A stretch of 61,936 nucleotides of DNA, the filler included, from Actinomycetota bacterium (GTDB taxonomy: Bacteria > Actinomycetota > Actinomycetes > JAKEEW01), in the NCBI GenBank assembly GCA_046725875.1. It is 4 parts of 4 records of this genome, joined end to end, with 100 filler letters (N's around TTAATTAATTAA, not from the genome) between each part and the next. Parts side by side here need not be neighbours in the genome. Positions count along the whole stretch, not along the records: positions 17,793 to 42,912 come from JBKOZJ010000058.1; 3 more parts are not named here. One strand, 5' to 3'. Positions 19,569 to 29,996 of this stretch are shown here, one piece after another. Below the pieces are notes generated by a model. That model was not told where the DNA came from. It saw only the letters and a program-made list of their open reading frames with translations, and did no database searches. Each line of letters begins with the position of its first letter. The first letter of the stretch is position 1. Made by a program: the position numbers and the translations under genes.

Positions 19569-20519
19569 ATGCGGCCGGGTTTGGGCTACGCGCTTGTCCT
19601 GGCGGCAGCTGCCCTCTTTGCCGTGAACGGCAGCGTGAGCAAATTCGCCCTCACCGGAGGTCTCGAGCCCGAGCGACTGACCGCACTCCGGGTCACCGGC
19701 GCGTTCCTGGTCCTGCTGCTGATTACGCTGCTCCGCGATCGCGCGTCGCTGCGGGTAGGGCTGCGTGAGCTTCCGCTGCTCGCGGTCTACGGCCTGGTCG
19801 GCGTCGCGCTGATTCAGTACCTGTACTTCGTTGCGATCCTCCGGCTTCCCGTCGGCATTGCGCTCATCCTCGAGTTCACCGGACCGGTGCTCGTTGCCCT
19901 CTACGCACGAGTTGTTCAGCGGCAGCAGGTCAGGCGGCGAGTGTGGCTCGCCATCGGGCTCTGCCTCGGTGGACTCGCGTTGGTTGTCCAGATCTGGCGC
20001 GGCGGCGGTGGACTCGATGCGGTCGGCCTGCTCGCCGGTGCAGGGTCAGCGCTAGCTCTGGCCGGGTACTTCCTGATTGGCCAGCATGCGGTTCGCGGCC
20101 GCGATCCGCTCTCGCTCATGTGCTGGACGTTCTTCTTCGCGACCATCTTCTGGGCTGTGGCCGCCCCGTGGTGGTCGTTCGACTGGTCTGAGCTTGCGGC
20201 CAGGACGGAGGTGTCCGGCGACCTCTTCGCCCCGGTGACCGTTCCAGTTGGTGCACTCGTCGCGAGCGTTATCCTGCTCGGCACCGTCGCGCCCTATCTG
20301 CTGTCGATCAACTCGCTGCGGCACGTCTCGGCCACCGGCGCCGGCATCGTCGGCACGGCCGAGCCGGTCATTGCCGCCGGAGTCAGCTGGATCTGGCTTG
20401 GCGAGAGACTCAACACGATTCAGGTCCTCGGTGGATTCGTCGTACTCGCCGGCATCACTCTTGCCCAAACCGCCCGAGACACCGCCGCCCTCCCCGAGGC
20501 CCTACCCGAACCGGTCTAG
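19569..20519 (+). CDS. EamA/DMT family transporter
   Basis: Ten hydrophobic helices in two EamA repeats (LEFTGPVLV; AEPVIAA...LGE). Confidence 0.9.
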   Translation: MRPGLGYALVLAAAALFAVNGSVSKFALTGGLEPERLTALRVTGAFLVLLLITLLRDRASLRVGLRELPLLAVYGLVGVALIQYLYFVAILRLPVGIALILEFTGPVLVALYARVVQRQQVRRRVWLAIGLCLGGLALVVQIWRGGGGLDAVGLLAGAGSALALAGYFLIGQHAVRGRDPLSLMCWTFFFATIFWAVAAPWWSFDWSELAARTEVSGDLFAPVTVPVGALVASVILLGTVAPYLLSINSLRHVSATGAGIVGTAEPVIAAGVSWIWLGERLNTIQVLGGFVVLAGITLAQTARDTAALPEALPEPV

Positions 20520-20619
20520 TACTCCGGCCACATGTCCTTGATTCCCTAGCGCTGGCCAAACGTGAGGGGCGCGCCTCACTACTGCGAGTGCCGTCGCCAG
20601 CGTGAGGTGTCACGTCCTG

Positions 20620-20960
20620 GTAGCGGATGCAACGACCGTACGAGACCCGTCGATCATATTTGTTGTCATGGTGTTGGCGTCGTTCCCGGCGTTGCTTGCA
20701 TGCACAACGAGTCGAACGATCGACCGGGGACCGGCTGGATAAGATTCATCGCCTGCGGCGTGGGTTGTTGATGTATTCGCTGCTCTGGCTCGTTGTCGTG
20801 CCACTTGCCATTCTCGAACTCGGCTCGTGAACTGGACGGCCTTGACCGAGTCCTTTCGGTGCTCCTCCTCATCAGCGTCTTCGTGGTTTGCATCGCGTCG
20901 CAGTTGGCCGCGTACCTTGGCATCCGACCCAGCTATGCGCGGTTGCGTGGCATCGAAGGC
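20620..20960 (+). pseudogene. Possible degraded membrane-protein gene
   Basis: Successive hydrophobic segments lie in alternating frames (IIFVVMVLASFPALLAC; LLMYSLLWLVVVPLAILE; VLSVLLLISVFVVCIAS); GC is lower than flanks. Confidence 0.35.
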
Positions 20961-21311
20961 GCCGCAAAGGGTGGTGGGCCGCAGCGAGTGGCGCGCGACA
21001 GTCACCGGGTGAGGACGACTACACTGAGCACAGCTGCTAGTACGAGGAGTAGCACGGCGTTCGGTTTCTATTGGAGCCTGGGCGCAGAGGAAATGCGCGG
21101 TCAGACGCAACAACGGGTCGTCCCGACGCGGACTGGCGGCCATGATGGTCCGGCCGCTCGGCGTGAGTTCGTGGCGACCTTCCACCTGCCGACCGAGCAG
21201 TTGACTCTCGTCATCATGAAGCTGTTAATCCACGACGAGTGCTCGTGTCCGACCTGTCAACAGCTGAGAGTCACAAAGCCAGGCTCGATCGGCAAACCTG
21301 CCCAGCCAGCC

Positions 21312-23849
21312 CTACTCCATTGGCTGGCGGGCGAGGTAGGTCGGCTCGCGTCCGGAGAACAGCCAGCCGCCGATGGCCGCGACGAGCGGGACGCCGACTG
21401 CGATTGCGGCGAGCTGGAGCACCGGGATGGGGTACAGCGCGTGCAGGTGGTGGGCGAACCCTGCGGCAAGGGCAACGTAGGTAGCACCAACGCCGAGCAG
21501 AACCGCCAGGACTGCCAGGCCACCGGCGGTGGCCGCCGTGATGGTACGGCGGGTCGCCCGCCGCGCTCCGGTGGCAGTCAAGACACGCAGGTCTCGGCCG
21601 GTCTCGCTGCGCACGAGCCCGACGGTCATTGCCAGGATTCCCAATGCCACCAGGATCCCGGCGATGGTCGCGCCGTTTCGAAGCATGGCCAAGCCGTGTT
21701 GCTTGTCACGGGACTCGACCGTAAGCCCGGCACCGGCGGCGATCTCCCGGGCCGAGGCAAGCTCATCCTCGGTCAGCGAATGATCGGTCTGGATGAGCCA
21801 CGCGCCAGAGGGCACGGCCTCCCAGTGTCGGTCCCGGAGTTCCGCGGGTGTGACAAAGGTGCCGGGCAGCGAGGTGTACGTGGCGTCCAGCGGTTCGAGG
21901 TCGGTGACCCGCTCCGGCTCAGGGCGCCTGTCGCCGGCCGTGCGGTCGGCGCCCAAGGCTACGCCGATGATGCGTAGGTCACCCGTCTCCGCGCTGATAA
22001 ACCCAGAGGCCGAGTCGTCGGGTGCCTGCCCATACAGCGAGAGCAGTTGGGGCGTCGCGACATAGACCGGGCTGACATCCTGCCAGACGTCGCCGTGCGG
22101 GCGGACAAAGGTAATCGGGAATCGCCGCTGGAACTTCGGGTCCTCCACCGAGGCCCGGTCGAACGCCACGGTGAGTTCGGTTACCGCCGCGCCATCCAGC
22201 TCGGCCGCGATCCGACCGACCTGCGGCCGAAGCCGATTGACATCGGCCTGGTCTGGCAGTTGCGGGTCCCGCAGCTCGGCGTCGCGGAGGATGAGCTGCC
22301 GGTCGGATAGGTTCCCGCTGGCAGCCGAGGCCTTCGCGGCGGTCGTGGCCACGGTGATCGTAACGGCGATGGCGAGCACAAGGCTGATTGCGGCGAGTGC
22401 GGAGCCGGAGCGGGCCCGAAAGCGGGATAGATCGGCGAACGCCAGCCGGACTGCGACCGGTAGCCACCTGGTGCCTTTCGCCAGCAAGCCGATCGCGGTA
22501 GGGGTGGCTAGGACGAGGCCGAGAGCCAGGGCCAGCGTCCCGGCCGGGATCAGCACGGTGTTGACCCAGCTGAGCCCGGTGTTCGCGGCTTCGTCAGGGA
22601 TGTCGCCGCCGACAACGAGGCAGCCGACCCCGGTCGCGGTGGCGGCCACCGCGACCGCTGCGGATCGCCGGGCCGGCCGCGGCCGCGGCGGGCGGCCGGA
22701 CAGAGCCGTCACCGTGGGCATCCGCGCCACGGCTCGGGCCGGCCACCAGGCGGCCGCGGTCGCCGTGCCGACCGCCAGCACCATCCCGGCGCCGATCAGT
22801 AGCCAGGGCAGGTCGAACTGGTCGATGCGGTAGCCGACGGCGGACTCCACCCGTGGCGCGGCGGCCACCCAGCCGGTGAGACCGGCGGCACAGCCGATCA
22901 ACGCCGCCGCCGCGCCAATGACAGCGCCGTTGATGACAGTGACACTGCGCAGCTGCTTCTCCGTGGCCCCGATCGCGGCCAGCATGCCGAGCTGGCGCGC
23001 TCGCCGCTGGGCCATGACAACGAAGCTTGCGGTGGCGACCAGCGCGGCCAGCAGCAGCACCACGGTCGACATCACGAGCACGATCACCGCGGCGATGACG
23101 TTCTCGTTCGGTGACCGGATGCCGACCTCGACCGAGCTGGCCACACGCTGGCCGCGCTGCGCGCCGGAGCGATCGACTACCTGCCCTGGGTGGAACGCCG
23201 AGACCCGATCCTCGTCGGCATCGAGGAGCACGGTCACCGACGTCGGATTGCCAGCCGAAGGTGCCACCAGTGCGAAATCGTCTCCGAGGTCGCTTGGGTT
23301 CTCGACGATCCCGACCACGGTCCGGGTCACGCCGTCCAGCGTCAGCGCAGAGCCGAGCCCAACCCCTAGGACCGACGCAAGATTGTCGGTCAGCGCGACC
23401 TGGCCGGTACCGATTGGATAGGCGCCCCGCCGGAGGCCGAGCAGCGGGCCGGAGTAAGGGCCGTTCGGATCCTGGGAGCGCAGGTCCACCGGTTTGAACA
23501 GCCCCGGCACAGCAACCTCGCGATGGCCGATGACGTCGATCGTGCCGAACTCCTGCCGAGCGGCGGCCACGCTCGCGTTGACCGCCTGCGGGTCCGGGTC
23601 CTCGAACCCTAGGAGCTGGTTACCCGAGCCAAACGTAGCGTTCCCCGACACCGGAGCCATCGTGTACGCGGCGGACATTGACCCGATCGCGGCGGCGACG
23701 GTCGCCGACAGCAGGACCAGGATCATGATCTGCTGGCGCCACTCGCGACGGAACAGCCGCCACCCCCACCTGGCGACCGCCCGCCTGGCCGGAACTCCCC
23801 CCGAGCCTGCCCGGACTACGGGCTCGCTGACCTGGACCTCGGTTGTCAT
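21312..23849 (-). CDS. FtsX/MacB-like ABC permease
   Basis: AQRRARQLGMLAAIGAT and RDLRVLTATGA FtsX motifs; ATGA overlap with the ATPase stop. Confidence 0.9.
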   Translation of the reverse strand: MTTEVQVSEPVVRAGSGGVPARRAVARWGWRLFRREWRQQIMILVLLSATVAAAIGSMSAAYTMAPVSGNATFGSGNQLLGFEDPDPQAVNASVAAARQEFGTIDVIGHREVAVPGLFKPVDLRSQDPNGPYSGPLLGLRRGAYPIGTGQVALTDNLASVLGVGLGSALTLDGVTRTVVGIVENPSDLGDDFALVAPSAGNPTSVTVLLDADEDRVSAFHPGQVVDRSGAQRGQRVASSVEVGIRSPNENVIAAVIVLVMSTVVLLLAALVATASFVVMAQRRARQLGMLAAIGATEKQLRSVTVINGAVIGAAAALIGCAAGLTGWVAAAPRVESAVGYRIDQFDLPWLLIGAGMVLAVGTATAAAWWPARAVARMPTVTALSGRPPRPRPARRSAAVAVAATATGVGCLVVGGDIPDEAANTGLSWVNTVLIPAGTLALALGLVLATPTAIGLLAKGTRWLPVAVRLAFADLSRFRARSGSALAAISLVLAIAVTITVATTAAKASAASGNLSDRQLILRDAELRDPQLPDQADVNRLRPQVGRIAAELDGAAVTELTVAFDRASVEDPKFQRRFPITFVRPHGDVWQDVSPVYVATPQLLSLYGQAPDDSASGFISAETGDLRIIGVALGADRTAGDRRPEPERVTDLEPLDATYTSLPGTFVTPAELRDRHWEAVPSGAWLIQTDHSLTEDELASAREIAAGAGLTVESRDKQHGLAMLRNGATIAGILVALGILAMTVGLVRSETGRDLRVLTATGARRATRRTITAATAGGLAVLAVLLGVGATYVALAAGFAHHLHALYPIPVLQLAAIAVGVPLVAAIGGWLFSGREPTYLARQPME

Positions 23850-24574
23850 CGCGCCGCCCCGCCGTGGGCAAGCAGAGTCTCCGGGCCGGCCGGGCGTACG
23901 GTCTGGTCCACCATGCGGCCGTCGCGCAGGAACACGATCCGGTCCGCCCAAGACGCCAGCTGTGCGTCGTGGGTGACGACGACCCCGGCGACGCCGCGCT
24001 TGCAGGCCGCACGGAGCAGTCGCATCACGGCCTCTCCGTTGGCCGAGTCAAGTGCACCGGTCGGCTCGTCAGCGAGCACGAGGCGTCGGTCGCCGACGAT
24101 CGCCCGAGCGATCGCGACCCGCTGCCGTTCGCCGCCGGCCAGGTCGTCGGGGTAGCGAGGCGCCCGATCGGCCAGACCGAGCTCCTCGAGAACCCCGAGT
24201 GCGATCTTGTGCGCTGCGCGGGCTCGCATCCCGTCGAGCTCCAGCGGAAGCGCAACGTTCTCGACTGCGGTCAGCCCGGCGAGGAGGTTGAAGTCCTGGA
24301 ACACATAGCCGATCCACCGCCGGCGCAGGCTAGCCCGCTCGTTGCTCGACATCCGGCCGACCAGCTCGCCACCGGCTAGCACATCGCCGTTGGTCGGCAT
24401 TTCGAGCGTGCCGGCGATGGTCAGCAGCGTGCTCTTACCCGAGCCGCTCGGCCCCATGATCGCAACGAGTTCGCCTTGGTCCACCATCAGATCGATGTCG
24501 CTCAGCGCGTGCACCTCGCTGGCGCCGGTGCCATACGTCTTGGAAACTCCGCGCAGCTCGAGTGCGGGTCTCAT
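23846..24574 (-). CDS. ABC transporter ATP-binding protein (LolD/MacB-like)
   Basis: GPSGSGKST, LAGGERQRVAIARA, LADEPTGALD and VTHD motifs. Confidence 0.95.
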   Translation of the reverse strand: MRPALELRGVSKTYGTGASEVHALSDIDLMVDQGELVAIMGPSGSGKSTLLTIAGTLEMPTNGDVLAGGELVGRMSSNERASLRRRWIGYVFQDFNLLAGLTAVENVALPLELDGMRARAAHKIALGVLEELGLADRAPRYPDDLAGGERQRVAIARAIVGDRRLVLADEPTGALDSANGEAVMRLLRAACKRGVAGVVVTHDAQLASWADRIVFLRDGRMVDQTVRPAGPETLLAHGGAAR

Positions 24575-25206
24575 CTTGGTATCTCCGCTCGGTTGTTCTG
24601 TACGGGCTGATCCGGTGTGCCGGCTAGAGACTGCCGAGTGGGCGGCGTCTGTGCCGTGTCCAGATGTCGGGCGCCGGCCGGCTCGAGGCCACCGACGAGC
24701 TGCCGAAGCCGGGCGTCGGTGGCGTCCAGCCAGCGGACGATCGATTCCAGCCGGAAGAGCTCGGCATCCGCGACGAGCGCCAGGCTCAGGTCATCGGGAG
24801 ACGCCTCGGCCTTCAGATGGGTGTAACGCTGCATGAGCTCGATGACCGATCGGCGATGCACCTGCAGCAACTCGGTCACGTCGATGCCGGGCAGGCGGAG
24901 CGCGACGAGTACCTTGATCACGAGCTCGTCGCGCGGCGGCGTGGTCAGGTCCGGCGGTGTTCGCAGCCACTCCGTCAGCTCCCGGCGTCCCTGTCGAGTG
25001 ATCCGGTACGCCTTTTGCGGGCCCTCGTTGCCCTCACCGTCGGACTCGACCAGCCCGTCGCGCTCTAGTCGCTGCAGGGTCATATACACCTGGCCGACGT
25101 TGAGCGGCCACACGTCACCGGTCCGCTCCTCGAACTCCTGGCGCAGCTGCAGGCCGTATTTCGGCTCCTCGGCGAGCAGAGCGAGCAGCGCGTGGCGGAC
25201 GCTCAT
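24571..25206 (-). CDS. PadR family regulator (AphA-like C-terminus)
   Basis: MSVRHALLALL...YGLQL...NVGQVYMTLQRLERDGLV. Confidence 0.93.
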   Translation of the reverse strand: MSVRHALLALLAEEPKYGLQLRQEFEERTGDVWPLNVGQVYMTLQRLERDGLVESDGEGNEGPQKAYRITRQGRRELTEWLRTPPDLTTPPRDELVIKVLVALRLPGIDVTELLQVHRRSVIELMQRYTHLKAEASPDDLSLALVADAELFRLESIVRWLDATDARLRQLVGGLEPAGARHLDTAQTPPTRQSLAGTPDQPVQNNRAEIPR

Positions 25207-25227
25207 GATCCGGCTCGTGTTGCTGCC

Positions 25228-25250
25228 ATACTCGGTATAATACTCGGTAT
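25228..25250. promoter_or_regulatory. Putative PadR operator
   Basis: Tandem quasi-palindromes ATACTCGGTAT at 25228 and 25240, just upstream of padR. Confidence 0.7.
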
Positions 25251-25337
25251 ATAGCCTTGGGCAAGCCCCAAATTTCTCGGAGCGAGAGCAGGGCGCAGGT
25301 CCAGGAGTCGACTGTGCCGCGGGTCCGGCCGCGGCGG

Positions 25338-26741
25338 TTACGAGTCGTAACCGAGGCCGGCGCGGTCGAGCGTGCGAAGCCAGAGGTTGCGCCTCCCGCC
25401 GTTGCGGTCGGCACGCGCGAGTGACCAGCGGGTCAGTTGTACGGCGGCATAGCGCGCCGGTTCTGGCGGGAACGGCAGGGGCTTGGTGCGTACCAGACGC
25501 AGCGACGTGACCTCCGGGTCGTCGCGATACAGCAAGCCGAGCATCACCCGCGCCCCGAATCGGCTGGCGGCGACACCAAGACCCGTGTAGCCGAGGGCAT
25601 AGGCGACCCGACCCGCATAGGCGGTCCCGAAGAAGGCGCAGAACCGCGTACACGTGTCGATCACGCCAGCCCAGGCATGGCTGAAGCGCACGCCGTCGAG
25701 CTGGGGGAAGGTCGTCAAGAAATGCTCAGCGAGCCGGTCGAAGGTCTCCGGCCGCCGCTCGAGTTCCGGCCGGATCGCGCTGCCGAAGTGATAGATGGCG
25801 TCGTAGCCGCCCCACAGGATGCGGTTGTCGGCCGTCAGCCGATAGTAGTGGAACTGGTTCCCCGAGTCGCTTATGCCCTGCCGGTTGCGCCAGCCGACCG
25901 ACGACAATTGCGCAGCACTCAGTGGCTCGGTCACGAGGACATAGTCGTAGACCGGTACCGTGTGCCAGCGCAGCCGGCGGAGCAGGGGCCGGAAGGCGTT
26001 CGTGGCCAACACCACCCGCGTGGCCTCGGCAACACCGTGTTGTGTCCGGGCCTCGACGCCGGTACGGGTCGATGTCAGTCGGGTGACCGGGCTCCGCCCG
26101 TGAATCCGTACGCCCTTGATAAGGCATGCTGCGTGCAGCCCGAGGGCGAGCCGGGCCGGATCGACGATCGCCTGCTGGCGTCGAGTCCACAGTCCGGCGA
26201 GGTAGGTCGGGGAGTGGACCTCGGCCCGGACTGCCGCCTGGTCCAGAAGCTCGACCGTGGCGCCGTACTCACGCGCGATCGGTGCCAGCTCGGCCAGGTC
26301 ATCGACCTGCCATGGCTCGGTCGCCACTGACAAGTCACCGGTGCGCTCCCAGTGGCAGTCGATGCGATAGTGGGCGAGCGCCGACTCGATGGCGTCCAGG
26401 TTCTCCCGTCCGAGCCGTTCCAGCGTCGGCAGCTCGGATCGAAACCGGTGGAGGCCGTTGTCCAGGCCGTGGGTGAGGCTCGCCGAGCAGAAGCCACCGT
26501 TGCGCCCCGATGCGGCATGGCCGACCCGATCGGCCTCCAGCACGACGACCTCGTGCGCCGGGTTGCGCTCCTTGGCGAGCAACGCAGTCCACAGACCGGT
26601 GTAGCCGCCACCGACCACGACCAGGTCGGCGCAAGTCCGCCCAACCAGCCGCGGCGTCTGATCCGCGCGGAGGTCGAACTGATCCAGCCAGTACGGGCGA
26701 AGGACCGCCTCCGCCAACGCCGGATGCGCTCCTGCCTTCAT
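25338..26741 (-). CDS. FAD-dependent oxidoreductase (DAO/PuuB-like)
   Basis: VVGGGYTGL, ASGRNGG and GYTGLGV motifs. Confidence 0.9.
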   Translation of the reverse strand: MKAGAHPALAEAVLRPYWLDQFDLRADQTPRLVGRTCADLVVVGGGYTGLWTALLAKERNPAHEVVVLEADRVGHAASGRNGGFCSASLTHGLDNGLHRFRSELPTLERLGRENLDAIESALAHYRIDCHWERTGDLSVATEPWQVDDLAELAPIAREYGATVELLDQAAVRAEVHSPTYLAGLWTRRQQAIVDPARLALGLHAACLIKGVRIHGRSPVTRLTSTRTGVEARTQHGVAEATRVVLATNAFRPLLRRLRWHTVPVYDYVLVTEPLSAAQLSSVGWRNRQGISDSGNQFHYYRLTADNRILWGGYDAIYHFGSAIRPELERRPETFDRLAEHFLTTFPQLDGVRFSHAWAGVIDTCTRFCAFFGTAYAGRVAYALGYTGLGVAASRFGARVMLGLLYRDDPEVTSLRLVRTKPLPFPPEPARYAAVQLTRWSLARADRNGGRRNLWLRTLDRAGLGYDS

Positions 26742-26770
26742 GGCTGACCACTGTGGCAGACGCCCCGCGG

Positions 26771-28552
26771 TCAGCCGGGCCGGAACTCCTGGACCTTGGT
26801 CTTGATGCCCTTGGTGAAGACGTCCCAGGCGTCCGGATCGCCCCGCAGCAGCGCCGCCGCCGTGTCCTTCATCTGCTGGTACGTCGCGTGCGGCGGAAGC
26901 GGCGGGATGTTCGGGTCGCAGCGAATGTCGAGCACCACCGGCCGGTCGGCGGACAGGGCTCGGTCCCAGGCCGGACCGAGCGCATCCGGCTTTTCAACTT
27001 CTATCCCGTCCATGCCAAGGCTGCGCGCGAACCCCGCGTACGACACCTCGGGCAGGTCCTGTGACGGCGCGAATTTGGGGTGACCGCCGAACGCGCGCAG
27101 CTCCCACGTCACCATGTTGAGGTCGTTGTTGTGGAGTACGGCAACGATGCAGCGCGGGTCCGTCCAATTCTGGTAATAGTGCCGGATCGTGATGACCTCG
27201 TTGAGGCCGTTCATCTGCATTGCGCCGTCGCCGACCAGAGCGATGACCGGGCGGGACGGATGCGCGAACTTGGCGCCGATCGCATAAGAGACACCTGATC
27301 CCATGCTCGCGAGCGTTCCCGAGAGTGACCCGCGCATCCCGTCGCGAACCTTCAGCAGCCGCGCATACCAGTTGGCGATCGAGCCGGAGTCGGCTGTGAC
27401 AATTGCATCCGAGGGGAGCCGTGATGAGAGCTCCCAGACGATCCGCATCGGGTTGATCGGATCGGCCTCGATCATGGTTTGTCGCTCCATCACCTGCCAC
27501 CAGTCGGCGACGTTGCGCTCGACTTGCTCCCGCCAGGATCGGTCCTGCTTCGGCTCAACCAGGGGAATCAGGGCGCGCAACGTCGTTGCCGCGTCGCCGA
27601 CCAGGTTGACCTCTGTCGGGAAGCGCATCCCGATGAACTTGGGGTCGAGGTCGATCTGGATACCTCGGGCCTGGCCAAAGTCGGGCAGGAACTGGGTGTA
27701 TGGAAGGTTCGACCCGACGATCAGCAGCGTGTCGCAGTCGCGCATCAGCTCGTAGCTCGGCCGGGTGCCAAGCAGCCCGATCGACCCGGTCACGAACGGC
27801 AGGGTGTCCGGCAGTACGTCCTTGCCGAGCAGAGCCTTCGCAACGCCGGCGCCAGTGAGCTCGGCGAGTTGGGCGATCTCGCCGGCTGCGCCGCGGGCAC
27901 CCTGCCCGGCCAAGACGGCGATCTTCGAGCCGGCGTTGATAATGTCGGCGGCTCGGCGGATCTCCTCGTCCGGCGCTCGAGTCAGCGGCGGGGTGTACGA
28001 GGGCATGCTGGACGGTACGGTTTTGTACTCGTGGCCGGGCGCCGCCCAGTCGAGTTCCTGAACGTCCGAGGGGATGATCACGCAAGTGGGGCAGCGCTCG
28101 GCAAGGGCGATCCGGATCGCCCGGTCGAGCGCGTTCGGCAGCTGCTCGCCGACGCTCACAGTCACCACGTACGCGCTCGCGACATCTTTATAGAGCGACT
28201 GCAGGTCGACCTCCTGCTGATATGAGCCGCCGATCGCGCTTCGGGCGGTCTGCCCGACGATCGCGACAACCGGCACGTGGTCGAGCTTGGCGTCGTACAG
28301 GCCGTTGAGCAGGTGAATCGCGCCTGGCCCTGACGTCGCGAGGCAGACGCCGACCCGACCGGAGAACTTTGCATAGCCCACCGCCTGGAGCGCGGACATC
28401 TCCTCGTGCCGGCTCTGGACGAAGTGGGGCCGGTTTCCCGCCTGGCCGAGCGCCCCGATGATCCCGTTGATCCCGTCGCCTGGATAGCCGAAGACGTGCT
28501 CGACTCCCCACTCCCGGAGCCGCCGAACCAAGTAGTCGCCAACCGTCGCCAT
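26771..28552 (-). CDS. Thiamine pyrophosphate-requiring enzyme (PoxB/pyruvate oxidase-like)
   Basis: GYPGDGING, RHEE, TSGPGAIHLLNGLYDA and GDGAMQM...NN TPP motif. Confidence 0.93.
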   Translation of the reverse strand: MATVGDYLVRRLREWGVEHVFGYPGDGINGIIGALGQAGNRPHFVQSRHEEMSALQAVGYAKFSGRVGVCLATSGPGAIHLLNGLYDAKLDHVPVVAIVGQTARSAIGGSYQQEVDLQSLYKDVASAYVVTVSVGEQLPNALDRAIRIALAERCPTCVIIPSDVQELDWAAPGHEYKTVPSSMPSYTPPLTRAPDEEIRRAADIINAGSKIAVLAGQGARGAAGEIAQLAELTGAGVAKALLGKDVLPDTLPFVTGSIGLLGTRPSYELMRDCDTLLIVGSNLPYTQFLPDFGQARGIQIDLDPKFIGMRFPTEVNLVGDAATTLRALIPLVEPKQDRSWREQVERNVADWWQVMERQTMIEADPINPMRIVWELSSRLPSDAIVTADSGSIANWYARLLKVRDGMRGSLSGTLASMGSGVSYAIGAKFAHPSRPVIALVGDGAMQMNGLNEVITIRHYYQNWTDPRCIVAVLHNNDLNMVTWELRAFGGHPKFAPSQDLPEVSYAGFARSLGMDGIEVEKPDALGPAWDRALSADRPVVLDIRCDPNIPPLPPHATYQQMKDTAAALLRGDPDAWDVFTKGIKTKVQEFRPG

Positions 28553-28759
28553 CGTGGCCTCTCCTCAAGATCCGTTGCGTCGCATCTGGAATGCCGCGAG
28601 AAGCCCGCCTTCCGCGTGATGGGCACAGCAAACGTGTGCCCGCGGTCGAAATGCTGGTCAAGGCCGCGCGGGTCGGCAAACCGGGCTTGGATGTCGGCTG
28701 CCCAGTGCGGACGCCGAGTGATGGCCGGATCACGTGGCGCTTGGTGGCTGAGCAGCGGC

Positions 28760-29248
28760 TCAGCTGCCGAGCTTGCCCGCACCGGTCCCCACGGCTTCGA
28801 GGTCGATGAGGGCCAGTCCGCTGGCTTCGTCGAAGCGGCGGACGAGCTGTGCCGGCGTCTGCGTGATCATGACCTCGAGAGTTGGCCTCACCCTGGCTTG
28901 CTGGAGATGGCCGCCGCGGGTGGAGCCGTCCCGGCGCCCCAGCACGACGTGGGCGTGGACCAAAGGTCGCCCGCCCTCGCTTCGGGCGATGTCGCCCGCG
29001 AGCGCGAGTACCTCGACCTGCTCGTCGACAGGAATACCGACATATTGCTTCTGCTCGGGATCGAAGTAGGCGATCATCGCGGACTCGAAGGCACCGATCG
29101 CGGTGAAGGAGGCCGCGTGCACTCCCTGCTGTTCGGCGAACCTGATGATCTCGGTCATCGCCTCGTCGCCCGCATCGAGGACCAGGATGTGGATGCGCTC
29201 CGTGCCCCGGTAGTGGTCGCCGCTGCTAAGCGCCGTGCTCTTTGCCAT
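28760..29248 (-). CDS. PPC/DUF296 domain protein
   Basis: AIGA, EVLALAG, HAHVVLG, GGHL and TLEV motifs; GGAGG RBS. Confidence 0.88.
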   Translation of the reverse strand: MAKSTALSSGDHYRGTERIHILVLDAGDEAMTEIIRFAEQQGVHAASFTAIGAFESAMIAYFDPEQKQYVGIPVDEQVEVLALAGDIARSEGGRPLVHAHVVLGRRDGSTRGGHLQQARVRPTLEVMITQTPAQLVRRFDEASGLALIDLEAVGTGAGKLGS

Positions 29249-29760
29249 CCACCCATCCTCCAGGCAAGTCGGAGAAGCACGCTCAACGTTCTCCGTCCGC
29301 GGTCCCGATCCCTGATGGCCGCCAGTGTGCCGGCAGCCGCCAGGCCGAACGCGGCATGAGGAAGGACATCGGCCACCCAGTCCGCGGGCTTCCACCGTCG
29401 AGGGTCGGTCAACCCAATGGCTGTCATCGGTGCGTTTGAGACGGCCATCGCACACAGGCCGAGCAATGCCGCATCGGCGGCCATGTTTCGCCGGACTCGC
29501 CCGAGCGTTGCCGCGTAAGCGGTGCCGACGCCGACGCCGGTGGCGATCCCCAGGAGTGCCCCCAGCCCGGACTTCCTGTTCGATGCTCTGCGCTCGTCGC
29601 CGAGCGGGATGTGTGCCGCCTTGGAGATCCTTTCGACCGACTCCTCCGGCACGGTGCTCGGCGGGCGGCCGCGCAGCGCCATGTCCAGATACGTGACCGC
29701 ATCCAGCGCGGTCGTACCGGCCGCGCCGGCTGCCATCCCATACAGCAGTTCTCTCCGCAT
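29155..29760 (-). CDS. Hypothetical membrane protein
   Basis: GAAGTTALDAVTYLDMALRGRP...GLTDPRRW...DVLPH; C-terminus overlaps the next gene by 94 nt. Confidence 0.75.
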   Translation of the reverse strand: MRRELLYGMAAGAAGTTALDAVTYLDMALRGRPPSTVPEESVERISKAAHIPLGDERRASNRKSGLGALLGIATGVGVGTAYAATLGRVRRNMAADAALLGLCAMAVSNAPMTAIGLTDPRRWKPADWVADVLPHAAFGLAAAGTLAAIRDRDRGRRTLSVLLRLAWRMGGWQRARRLAAATTTGARSASTSWSSMRATRR

Positions 29761-29996
29761 GGTCGCCGCGCCTACCCGGCCCCGAGGGGCCCAATCGTGA
29801 TCGCGCTGGCTGGGGTAGGAACCGGTCGCGACAGGGGAAAGGGGTCGCCGTCCGCTCGCCCGCCTTCGGCGTGCTCGTTTTACGCCCGGCCACACCCCCG
29901 ACCCTTTCCGTGCCCCGACCTTCGCGCCCGTCTCCCGGTCGGCCCCGCCGCCGAGCGATCGACAGACGGTCAGGCGTCCCTCCGCCCTCGGCCGAG

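Noticed and set aside
24127..24144. ABC signature LAGG instead of LSGG
   Set aside because: A single substitution with all other motifs intact; not enough to call inactivation or novelty.
29830..29910. GGAAAGGGGTCG...CGACCCTTTCC inverted repeat as a riboswitch
   Set aside because: No aptamer consensus recognised; could simply be a terminator for the upstream hydrolase gene.
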